The notes beneath the pieces were generated by a model, which was not told the origin of the DNA, made no database searches, and saw only the letters and a list, made by a program, of their open reading frames with translations. Shown one piece after another: positions 39,221-50,544 of a DNA stretch of 64,000 nt (position 1 is the stretch's first letter; each line of letters begins with the position of its first letter). Origin of the DNA: Lytechinus pictus (taxonomy: Eukaryota). A program made the translations under genes and the position numbers. The stretch is from NCBI RefSeq assembly GCF_037042905.1, contig NC_087245.1:22322001-22386000 (forward strand), in the 5' to 3' direction.

Positions 39221-40683
39221 TTTTATATCAATTTCAAAATCTGCATCAAAAGAAAGCTCACTTGGCAAAATTTCTCTTCTTTATATATTTTTTTGAGAAT
39301 AAAAACAGTTCTTTTGGCCAATGCAATACATTTTATGGACTCAGAACTTGTTTATGAGTATTTTGAAAAGCGAAGAGTGAAATCTAAAAGAAAGTTTTGA
39401 AATAAACCAATGTCACAATTTACCTTTAAACCATCCCTGAACTATCTGCTATGAAATGCTTAATTATAAAAGAAAGAAAACAGTTTAACAAAGTAATAAA
39501 AAATGAAAGAGTCAATGCGGCTTCAGCTCACCTGTATACAGAACTTAGACAATCAACACAAGTAATATTTGCTGACAAGATTTGTGACTGACTTAAAATA
39601 TCTAACAATGGATGTAACTATTCTTCGTCAAATTGTTCTGTCAGTCAGTCCAAACTCCAAATTACAAGTGCGCTTCTCTCTATGTATGCACACTAGATGA
39701 ATGAATCGGTCATTCACTACTAATTTCAAAGGTCATTATTCACACAAACTTCACATACCTCACAAGTTGTCCTTCCAATGGTACAAAAGAAACTCTTACA
39801 ATCATTTTTCAAATGCTATTGTCCAATGGTACACCATCTATGAATAGGGTTGTGGGTCTCTTTCATGGAAATAAGTGGATTCTTTCCCTCAAAAGTGGTT
39901 CTTTCATCCAAGTGTCAGATTTTTAGTTATTCCTGCTTGCGAGTGGAAAGGGCATTGTACTGGACCAATGTCATCTTTCGTGATAAAGCAGTTTACACAG
40001 TGCAACTAGGTGCGTTCACACAACTGAACATCCAAGGAAATGGTATTGAGCAAAGTTAACATCAACATGGGTATCGAAAATAATTTTTGTCAGTGTTGAT
40101 CAAATGCAAATCTATGTGTTTCATTTATTAGCCAGGGAGAAATGAGTTAAGGGGAAGAAACTTCACAGTTCAAATTTGAGTAAATCAACTATAGTAGCAG
40201 AAATAAAGCTCTCGCTACAAAAATTGTATAGTAAAAAAAATACGAAGTTTTCTCAAGTGGCATGACACCTGACTGCAACAAGTCGCACCTACGATATATG
40301 TCAATATAGGCGAAACCTAAAAAATATCAGGGTTGCTAGAAAACATTCTAACAAAGATCCTTGAAAAGCCCCATCTCCATCAGCCCAAATGTCAAATTAT
40401 CATGCTGTTTCTGATCAGGCAAATTATCTTAATCGAAACAACAAGATTCAAATTTAGAGCCCAAAGAGAGCATTCACCATATCCCAAGATCACAATTCAC
40501 ACTAAATTAAATTCGACTGAGATATAAGTTTAATCCCGAAAATGGATGATCTGGCAAGAATCAAGAGATCAAGCTAACCCGGACTAATGAAGAGTAGGCT
40601 AAACCATACTTTGTAAACTGAAACACCAAACTGACTATGCATCACTGATCAAGCAGCAAATGAAGGGCACAGACAAGACTTAA

Positions 40684-41032
40684 AGATAAATACCAGTTGC
40701 GGTAACGATCTCAAAATGAGTTCGAATGGAATCCAAAGAAATTACCACCAAAGTGTCTGTATGTATAAATAAAAAATATGTGCCCAATAGCTTTGGAATA
40801 AAATGCGTAATTGCTGATAAATGAGCAGAATAAGCACAGAACTCCATCAAATGTCAGGTATTTTTTAAAGCAATATTAATACATTGTCCCACATACATGT
40901 ATGCTTTTCTGTGTAAGTGATCATCAGAATTATCGATTTTGAGCTAAGATTTCACAAGTTTACAAAGATAAACCTTGATTTAAAAGACTTTCTCATAAAA
41001 TAATTGATTGCTGCAACTACTGTCTTTTACCT
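40684..41032. mobile_element. TTAA-flanked (Kolobok-like) non-autonomous element
   Basis: TTAA|AGATAAATACCAGTTGC ... GCAACTACTGTCTTTTACCT|TTAA. Confidence 0.7.
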
Positions 41033-41671
41033 TTAATCTGTAGTGGGAGGAAATAAACAAGTTAAGGTCCAGTGAAAAGGGCCTTCAAGAATCAAAGTTT
41101 GTGAAATTTCTATTTACCATAAGCTTTCTTAAAATTCTTCTTTTGAGTACAGTGCACACAAAGAAATAAAAGTGATATGAGTAACAAAGGATTTGACTAC
41201 AGAAGAGAAAAAATTGATCGAACATGAAGAAGGAAAGACAGCAAATACTGACTGGTTCCCAGCCAGACAATTGCATTTATATCAGTATGGAACTATTAAT
41301 ACGGGATGATCCACAGTAATGACATTTTGACATATCATCAGAAGATGTATGGACTGTTTCCATGGCAACACAATAATTGTAGTAATTTTTGCCAGCTCAG
41401 GAACATAATCCAGCAAAGCTTCAAGCGGTTTCTTGATCCTGGTTGGAAAGGAAGTTGTATTTAAGATGAAAAGTCATTTACATTTCTATATAATTTTTAC
41501 ATCTAACAAAGGGATTCACAAACAGGAGGATCTATTGAACTGAACGAGAGAGTTCAAAGAGCAACATAAAGATCAATTGTGGATATACCCTTTTCCATTC
41601 AAGATTTGATCAAAGGAATAGCTGCAAAATAGACTTTCTCTTTCACCTTCTTAATCTTCGATTTGACTAGG

Positions 41672-42093
41672 AACAAGAGTGTCGCTAGGGTGAGCACATA
41701 ATACGCCCACCTGTAAAGCGGAAAATGGAGTTATAAGCAGAAAAGTGAAAGGTGGTGACTTGACTCTAACTTTTTGACCTAAAAATCAATAGGCTTCCTG
41801 GGATACATGCTAGTATCATACACACCAAATTATATGAGCCTAGGTTAAGTTAAACTAAGTTATTGGCATTTACAAGGACTGGAGAAGGGTAAGATGAAAA
41901 CATGTCACTGTGACCTTGACCTTTGACCTCAAAATCATTAGGCTTCCTGGGATCCATGCTTGCATCATACACACCAAATTATATGAGGCTAGGTTAAGTC
42001 AAACTGAAGTTAACATGTTTACAAGGAAAAGTTAACGGACGGACACCGAGCGTGTTACCATAATACGTCCAGTCTAGGATGGGCGTATAAAAA
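41672..42093. mobile_element. Helentron-associated (HINE-like) element with two ~155-bp units
   Basis: AACAAG start, CATAATACGCCCA subterminal motif, TGACCTTGACCTTTGACCT core, duplicated GGCTTCCTGGGAT...CATACACACCAAATTATATGAG, ACGGACGGAC, and hairpin ATACGTCCA/TGGGCGTAT followed by an A run. Confidence 0.8.
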
Positions 42094-42139
42094 CCAAGAA
42101 TCATTGCTCCAGCTTCATTGCATTGTATAATATGGAAGG

Positions 42140-42285
42140 AATATCCTACAGGTGCCAATTTTTTACACCTGTGTAAAGCGCATCAAATGTAAGTCAATGT
42201 CATTCCATGGGTCTTAGTGTCATGGTAGAGGATTAGAACCTGGTATATTGTTATTTGCAGTCTGGAGACAAAGGTAATCCACTTA
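42140..42285 (-). mobile_element. Degenerate tRNA-derived SINE related to 53322
   Basis: Reverse complement AGTGGATTA...GTCTCCAGACT...GGTTCTAATCC...CCATG...CAGGTGTAAAAAATTGGCACC. Confidence 0.55.
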
Positions 42286-43907
42286 TCTAAAACTTCCCTT
42301 GGTAAACTTGTATACTTACGATGATCTTGAATGAGGCCTTGAACATTCTAAAAACATCTTCAAGATGTGGTTTTATCATTAATTTTTGGCTTGCAACCAA
42401 AGCAACGGTATTAACACACCCTCAATTTCACCACAGCAATCATGTCAGCGAAAAAGACAGTTGTTCCCAGTCGCTCAAATACCAAAATAGAAGATGTTCT
42501 CCACAAATGTTACCACTGATAATGGATGTTGGCACAGGTTGTAAGAGACAAAACTAGGAAAATAGGTACATCCAAAATCATAATTAGCAACTGTCTTATC
42601 AAATGAGTTGAACAGCTGTTTTGTTTACGAACGCAAAATCAAAGCATCCGCCGTTTCAGAATCATGCACGACTTTGCATCATGATTCCAGCTATTTTGTT
42701 TCATCTATATTCTTGATTTTACAGGAAAGTAATATTTCCTTGGTAAATTTGCCCAAATTTTTGCCAATTTCGTGTTGCTTTGTGCCAAAAATTGAAAGAA
42801 GGGAGTGTTTGTCGGCTGTAAGGAGATCTGATTTGAGAGGAGAAACGAGCATCGAGTGATGGGTCTATGAGCGCACCTTACTTCCTGTGCAATGACGCAG
42901 GTTACGTGACGAGGTTATTTTGGGATATATCTGTCTGAGATGTATAAACAGTCAGGTAATAGGATTTCAAGACAATGTGAGGCTCAGACTGACAACGTTA
43001 AGGGGATAACGTGTAAGAAACTTATATATCACAATGCAGCCATAAAAATTATTTTATATTCTATAGTATTACATTGTATGCAGAAAATGCTATATCAACC
43101 ATTCTTAAAGGCAATTAATGTGCTTGAGCGGGCAATTTACATGCTCAATGAAATCAATCACTTGATTTTTCACCACAATTCTAAAAGATCAATAAAAAGC
43201 CAATAGAAATGTGTCAATCACCATCAGACTTAAGGTGCAAATATGAAGCAAGCTTTCTGAAATAATCGAACAAAAATTCAGATGTGAATTCACAAGTGAT
43301 ATTCAATGTGTGCGTAAGTACAGATATGTATATATATAAATATCATTTCAATATCACTTTCTCCAATTAACTTATTTTCAAGGAGATATGAGGTCTATGG
43401 AAGATCAATGACCTGTAGTTTGCAGTAGTTCATTAGGCTTTATCCAAAGTCGTCTCAAAACTGATCCACTCTTTTAACAGGAATTCATTAAAGTCTCATT
43501 TCACTGCCAGGTAAAAGACTGAAAATATTGACTGATTTCATGGTCAAAATATGCCAGAATACCACTCTCTTTCTCTTTCTCCCACCACCTCCCTCTCTCT
43601 TTCTCTCTACTTCATACCAGGTCCCCTTTCATTAGGATCAATGAATTTCAAACTACTTTTCCCACTTTTTTCTTATTATACAAGTAGCTGACCATGAGAG
43701 AAGACCCTATGAACAATAGAGACCAGTAGCCTAATTTCTTTAAAGCCAATTTTGTGATATTGTCTTGAAGGCAATCATCCAAACAATGATATAAAAGCTC
43801 ATCATTAATTTTGGCCTTATTAGCAATATTTACTCATTGTTTTCTTGAATAAAAGTTACTTTAATCTCTCAACTTGAAATAAATATGCAGCTGAAATTGA
43901 ACCTTTT

Positions 43908-44213
43908 GGCCCATATTCTGAAGTCGGGTTTAATTCAAACTTTGGTTTTAAGTTGTGGTTAAACTATGGAAAGCAAGTTGTTACATAAATCTCTAACAGT
44001 AGAGGTTCAATGTATCAGCTCATTTGACTCCCAAAACATTATTAACTGCATGGGAAGGATAAGTATGACTATTGTCTTCACCATCAAATAATTAGTGAAG
44101 AGCCGTGAGAAGCATTCACTGTAAACAAAATTTTGAAAATTTGGCTTCCCATGATTTTGGCACAGAGTTAGACCATGGTCTATAAAGTTAAACCCAACTT
44201 CAGAATACAGTCC
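43908..44213. mobile_element. MITE (~306 bp)
   Basis: GGCCCATATTCTGAAGTCGGGTTTAA ... TTAAACCCAACTTCAGAATACAGTCC, with TTT on both flanks. Confidence 0.75.
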
Positions 44214-44588
44214 TTTATCTTTACAATGTCAAATTGACACCTCAAGTTGAAATCCAAAGAAAAGTTGTGAATCCTCCAAAGGTCGTTAATAGTAGATGGA
44301 AAGTTGGCAAAGAACAATAATGTTAAAGAAGATGTGATCAGATCAACACATTGGGATTCTCCTCTGACCCACGACACATGACAAGACAATTCAATAAGTA
44401 CATATCTCACCAAGATGCTCTATGGATCCAAGCCAATAATCACAGCTTGAAAAGAAACTGGAGAGGGAGAGAGAGCAAGCAAATGGGGCACCTTATTTCT
44501 TTATAGAGACAACTGTATTCATCATAATGACAGGTTTGTGGGTCAACCACTTTTTCCAAAGACCATAAAAGATCCCACTTAGTAAGAA

Positions 44589-44608
44589 CATGGACCTATA
44601 GGTCCATG
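44589..44608. mobile_element. Putative excision footprint of the 53738-54579 family
   Basis: CATGGACCTATAGGTCCATG (11+11 nt of the two TIR tips joined at an AT overlap) between perfect 7-bp direct repeats GTAAGAA (44582-44588, 44609-44615). Confidence 0.85.
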
Positions 44609-44638
44609 GTAAGAATTGAAAAGTAAAGAAATATTTAA

Positions 44639-45000
44639 AGGACAAGTCCACCCAAACAAAAAGTTGATTTGAATAAAAAGAGAAAATCCAACAAGCATAA
44701 CACAAAAATTTTCATCAAAATCGGGTGTAAAATAAAAAGTTATGACATTTTTAATTTTTGCTTAATTTGTTAAAACAGTATGCAACTGAGGGGACTGATG
44801 TCACCCATGCACTATTTCTTATGTATTTTATTAAATGAAATATGAAATATTCTAATTTTCTCTTCATTGTCATTTGAAACAAAGATTTATTCATCCTTGA
44901 ACATTTAGTATTACCAACGTTATAACATTTTACGATTCAGTCAAGTTGGTCTTTACTGTCAAATCTGTAAAAATTGAGCATTATATAATTAAAACCATAA
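44639..45000 (+). mobile_element. Truncated TTAA-flanked (Kolobok-like) element
   Basis: TTAA|AGGACAAGTCCACCC...AAAATTTTCATCAAAATCGG. No right end seen. A degenerate relative starts near 17362. Confidence 0.6.
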
Positions 45001-46762
45001 CAACAATGACTTGTCGTCAAACTTTACCTCTGTTTTATAAAGATTTTGGTACTCAAATGTAAAACTTAAGTGTCACACACATAATATTCAACTCTTTTTA
45101 ATGAGGCCCCTGGGTCTCCTAAAAAAATGATACTCAAAATATCAAGCGCAAGTCCCACATACCTGCATGCATTTCATTGGTTGAAAATAAAACTGCTTTT
45201 GAATTTTTGAGTCTACTTTGATTGCAACTCTTTCTGAAATGAGCCACAGGTCACTTAAAATTGAAATTGGCAACTCAGTGATATATCTTGCAAGTTCACC
45301 TAAATAAAATTTCATAACTTTCTATCTTTTTACTTCCCTTAGGAGAACCTTATTCTCCAGCTCACTATCATCGTGCCTGAAATCTAAACAAAAACTGACA
45401 GCCGAAAACACCTTAGACTTGAAAAGCCACCTTGATGAGTATGCTTGGAAGCAGCGCTAATTTCACTGACCTTCAAATGACTTTCAAAAGATGACAGTGC
45501 ACACCATCTTACAGATTTTGGAGTGTCTCATAGCTATGGTCAAGGAAAGATGTGGGGGACGTCTGAATAAGCTCAAGTTTGAATTAACCCCAGGCCTCCC
45601 ATGACAACAAATTCCATTCGTATTGCATGTGGGATGCCCAATGGTGAGGTTCAGAGGGTTAGATGCAGTTCCTTGGCAGACAGAGGGGGGGACAAAGTTA
45701 GAACATCTGGGGTCCATCTTTGCCAAATTTGATTTGTCCTCCCACACTTTGTCTGACAATTCAATTTCAAGCTCCTTGTCGTTTATCGAAGCTGATGGCC
45801 CCATGGGCTGGATAGTTGATCAAACATAACATTGACAACCACTCCCGATCATGTCCTTTTCATATATTGCTTCTTGATCGAATTTCACTATCTAAGCCGA
45901 TGGTTTCCCAGGGCTAATAGATCTCTGAGCTCAGGGTGTTTTCTCAAGATTATTTCCATGTTGTGGATCTGATTGCTTAGATATAATTTGATCTGAGCAA
46001 AAGCATGCAGAGTTCAAATGATATCACTTGAAATATCATATCGGGCTTCAAAAGCAAGCCTGTATCAGGCAGTGCATTTTCAAAGAACTTTGTTGTGTCA
46101 CTTTATTCAATCAAACTCCTTTTCAGAATATTTTGATTGCTACAATTTTTATGATTTATACCTCTCTTGACTGCATCCCCAATCTGAGGAGTTAAAAATC
46201 TGAAAATCTCATTGATTCTTTTAAGGTAAACAGTTGGGCTGGAGTGGCCCAGACAGAGTACCATCCAGCCTGTACTCCACTGTGACAAGTAGGTCTTAGA
46301 TAAACTTTTCTTAAAAAAATGATTTCCCAACCTTTTTATTCCTGATAGCATCATGGCGGGGGAGGGGGCTCCATCGATCTCTTCTGTTTTGATAAATGTT
46401 TGTATGTTTGACATGTCTTCCTTAACATTACTGTGCCAAGATGTCTTTCGAATTACAAAAAATCAACCTTCAGCTTCAGACAGAGGGTGGACAAACAAAC
46501 GAAGGAAGGGGAAAGCACGAAATCCAGAGACAATATACAAACAGCTTTCCTGATTTAAGATAACACACAAACTGACACACTGCATCACCGAAGCAATCCA
46601 AATCTTTGATGAGCTGATCCAAAACACAATATGTGAATTTTCTTGTATCACATTAAATGAATTCTCAACACAAAAGTTCTAAACAAAAACAGAATATGAC
46701 AGATAGGACTCAACAGAGAGAGAGAGAAAAAAACTACACATTTAGTTTGATGAATTCTTAAT

Positions 46763-46904
46763 CAGGTGAGTGTTTCATGAAGCAAATAGCCATTGACTTT
46801 CAGAGACTATTTGTTATAAGCTACTAAAATCTTTGCATCTGATTGACTCAAAGCAAATTTTTCAATGAAAATCACTGACAAGATGTTTCATGAAATACTC
46901 CCCA
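46763..46904. mobile_element. MITE related to 6451-6595, opposite orientation
   Basis: TTATAAGCTACTAAAATCTTTGCATCTGATTG approximates the reverse complement of CAATCAGATACAAGGATTTCTAGTAGCTTATAA. Confidence 0.7.
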
Positions 46905-47645
46905 TGATCTCATATGCCTCTCTAAACTGGGCATGATATCACCTTATGTATCCCATAGATTTTCCAAAGATTCAGCTGGTATGGCCAAGACAGAACCTGA
47001 ACTCTTCAAAATGGACCATCCCCAGGTACTCCATCACCCCCCCCCCCCCCACAGACACACACACACTCAAAACAAAATTGTCCACTCTACATCACCGACG
47101 ACTCTCAAAATTGGGATGGAGCTTGCTACAAAAAGAGCTGCAATCAAACACAACTCGAAAAAATCAAATGCACCTTGATATTTAACCAATCAGAAGTATG
47201 CAAATCAAACTTGCATTTGGTTGGATTTCATGAGTATTGCATTTAAACAAACAAAAAAACTTTCTGCAAAGATCCTCTTTTAAATAAAATAGATCTGTAA
47301 ATGGTAATTTTGTTTTTAAAAAAAAATGAACTACTGGCTGAAAGCAAGGTACCTGGGCCAGAATCCAAGTAAATGCCTGGAAAGTGACTTTGCTGTTACA
47401 CTTGCCCTTTAACCTTATTTGCTAAGCTTGTCATTGTTGTCTTGTAAAAGTATATGTTTGTATTTATAACAGGGACTCAAAAAGAGAAGTGGTCGTCTAG
47501 ACTAATATGAGGTCCCTGCAGAGCACCTGTTTAGTAGATGTGAAATCATTGATGTTGTCATCTTCAAAGATACCACAGTGCCATGTCTTAAAGGAAGCGG
47601 CAACTCTCTGTCTGGTGTCTCTCTTGTACTTCTCTTCCTTTCTTG

Positions 47646-48198
47646 TACCCTTTTTACACACGCTAAATTTTCCTTAACCCCGTACTATAGGTGGGGCTAA
47701 ATTGCCATTTAGCCCCACCTATAGTACGGGGTTAAGCTTAGCCCACTTTCTTTTTACACAGCATTTTGGCAAAGTGGGCTAACCCCACCTTTAGTACGGG
47801 ATTATTTGGCCCTGCAAAAAAGCAGGGTTATCCCAGCAATTGCGGTGCTAAGAGCGATAGTACGGGGTTAAGATCGCTAGTGTAAAACGAAAGTGGGCTA
47901 AGCTTAACCCCGTACTATAGGTGGGGCTAAATGGCAATTTGGCCCCACCTATAGTACGGGGTTAAGGAAATTGTAGCGTGTGTAAAATGGTACGAGTGAG
48001 GTACTTGTACTACGAATGATCGACAAAAACCACTAGTCCGGGGTTAGCGAGTTTCGTGTGTGAAAAGCAAGCATTCCTTATCCGGGGTTAGCAATAACAA
48101 TTTGGCATGTGTAAAAAGGAAAAAAAATAGTACGGGGTTAAGGATAGTACGGGGTTAGCGATAGTCCGGGGTTAAGAAAATCCTGTGTAAAAAGGGCA
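47646..48198 (-). mobile_element. Young Harbinger-like MITE, copy 2 (553 bp)
   Basis: Reverse complement of 24544-25097 with few differences. TIR TRCCCTTTTTACACA, 3-bp TSD TTG (47643-47645, 48199-48201). Confidence 0.93.
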
Positions 48199-49873
48199 TT
48201 GGTGTCATCCATTCTATAATTGTTTTTTTTTTCACACTTTTCCAGCATCCCTTTCTTTTTATACTGGGATCTATTCAGCCCCCCTCCCCCGCCCTTTCGA
48301 CAGCTCTCTTATTCTCTCTAAGTTTAAATCATTACTCAATTGTTTTCTCTCCAAGGCTTCTAATTTCAGTGCAAGGAAAAAGACATTTCCCCTGTAAGTT
48401 ATAACACTTTTGCTAAAAGAAACCTATGAAGTTTTGTGAAAGCTGTGTTCAATTACAGAAAGCCCCCTCATTAAAATTTCAAACACTTATTCCTCCCAAT
48501 TTTACTATGCAGAAAAATAATAAAACCAGGTGTGCAGAAATTTGTGGTAAAGACTGAAGAAGACAACAGAGGGGTTATGGAAGAAAAATTACCGTAAAAC
48601 AGGAAGGGTTTACCCAACCTACCTGCGAAGATTATTTTTGGTTCTTCGTAGTTGATTCTCTCTAATTTCTCTTCTGTTCTCTTGACTTCCAAGATGGTTG
48701 AACTTGTTCAAGCCTTCTTCAGCTAATAAGTCTCTCTCATCTTTTTATGACTGTACAAGAAATTGAAAAAAATATACATAAATAAACATGACATTGTGAT
48801 AAATTGTTCAGACACACAAGTCACATAAAAAGAATTCTTCATCAACAAAAAACCACAAGTTAGTGAGAAGGTCAAGTATGCCATGAATGTCATCTTGTCA
48901 AATTTCATATTTTCATGGTCCCCTTTCATTTGATTTTGTGTTTGAATTTCTTTGTACATGGGGTCAGTGTAATTTTACTGACCTGTTTCATGACCTACAC
49001 AAAATCACGATCCTTCTATCCCACTACCCTTGGCTAATAGGCCTACCATATCCATTTCATGTTGAAGTAAATATATTCCGATTCCTAATTGTTCAACTGC
49101 ATTTCTTAGAAAAAGATATGGACTCTGTAATCCTCCAACTAAATATATTCCATCCAAATACTATCCAGCTACATAATATTGACCAACACCTTAAGCCAGG
49201 CAAAATATATAATTCCTCATGGAAAAATTTGACTCCATCTGAAAATTCAAATGCAATCTTAAACCTCTATGCAGGTAGGAAGTATCTGCAAAATACCACT
49301 AGGGCATCAAATTGACACAAGAGGAATGAAGTCTAATGACCTTTCTTTTGTTCATACTGGCTCTTCTGGAAATAATCTTCAATGTGAATGTGTGTAAATG
49401 TACTTAATGATACAATGATAGTAAGAACAAACATTTACAGGTTCATGGAATTGCATTGGCCCTATATAATAACTCAACCCCCTCCAATATCTAGAATGCA
49501 CTGCTTTGAAATAGGCATTAATATTAAGCAAAGTCTTGCAGAAATACAATGAATACAATAGTTTAAAAAAGACCCCAAAATGCATCTTGATGACATTGTT
49601 AATATTCTAGTAAAGCAAGGAAGTATTTGAAAATAAAGAACTCCATCTCACTTTGAAAGTTTTTACATAGGATTAAGTTTTTGCTTAAGTCTTTTGAAAG
49701 TTGTCATTATCCAAAAAGATTCATACTTAACAACTGAGTGGTTAAAAATAAAACAGTTTGATTTATTGACTTTTGAGTTAACATTTGGAAAACAGTGTAT
49801 CTCCTTCCTGAAATGGAGGCAAATGTTGAAGCTGTGAATGAAATATTACGTTGAAATTAAAAAAGACTAGTAA

Positions 49874-50544
49874 TCGTCGGCGGTCATCCGAACTGTCGTA
49901 TCAGTTAATTTTGGTCCCAAAAAAAAATTGATTTTGAGATTTTTGCATAAAATGAAGTACAAGTCCTACTCTATTCATAACTAAATTTCTAGGCAGCAAT
50001 TTATTTTATTTTCTGAGATATGAGAGGATTTACATGGTGATGCCATACTAATTTTTTATAAAATGCGCAAATCCCAGTGGAAACGTGTACTGTAACAGAG
50101 CGATACGTTTTGACTGACTGCGATTTCAATGCGTGCAGTCAGCCAAACCGTCGTATTGGCACTGGGAACTGCATTGACTTTGCACGTGAAAATCAATACG
50201 TTTTGACTGATCGCGCGCATTGAAATCGCGGTCAGTCAAAACGTCGTATCGCTTTTTCCCTATGCCGTTTTTGTACAGGGAAAATTTAAGTCGCTCAAAC
50301 CAAAATTACCACCATGTAGCTCTTTTGCAATATTTTCTTGGATCCTTAGTTTTGTATAAAAATAAAGATACCAATGTCAAGCAATTATCTTGGTCTTTCC
50401 AACCATATATTTTTCTAGCAATTAATATGTTGTAAGGCTGGGGAACTAAGTGTGAAAATAATAGTAAACTTTGAAGTCAATTTTCTCTGAAATGGGTTTG
50501 CACCGTCGTATGTGTGATACGATGGTTCGGATGACCACCAACGA
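49874..50544. mobile_element. Non-autonomous TIR element with internal foldback
   Basis: TCGTCGGCGGTCATCCGAACTGTCGTATCA versus right-end reverse complement TCGTTGGTGGTCATCCGAACCATCGTATCA. Central inverted arms at about 50099-50140 and 50210-50253. Confidence 0.8.

Noticed and set aside
24544..48198. Composite transposon bounded by the two inverted MITEs
   Set aside because: Each copy has its own distinct TSD (TTA vs TTG), indicating separate insertions.
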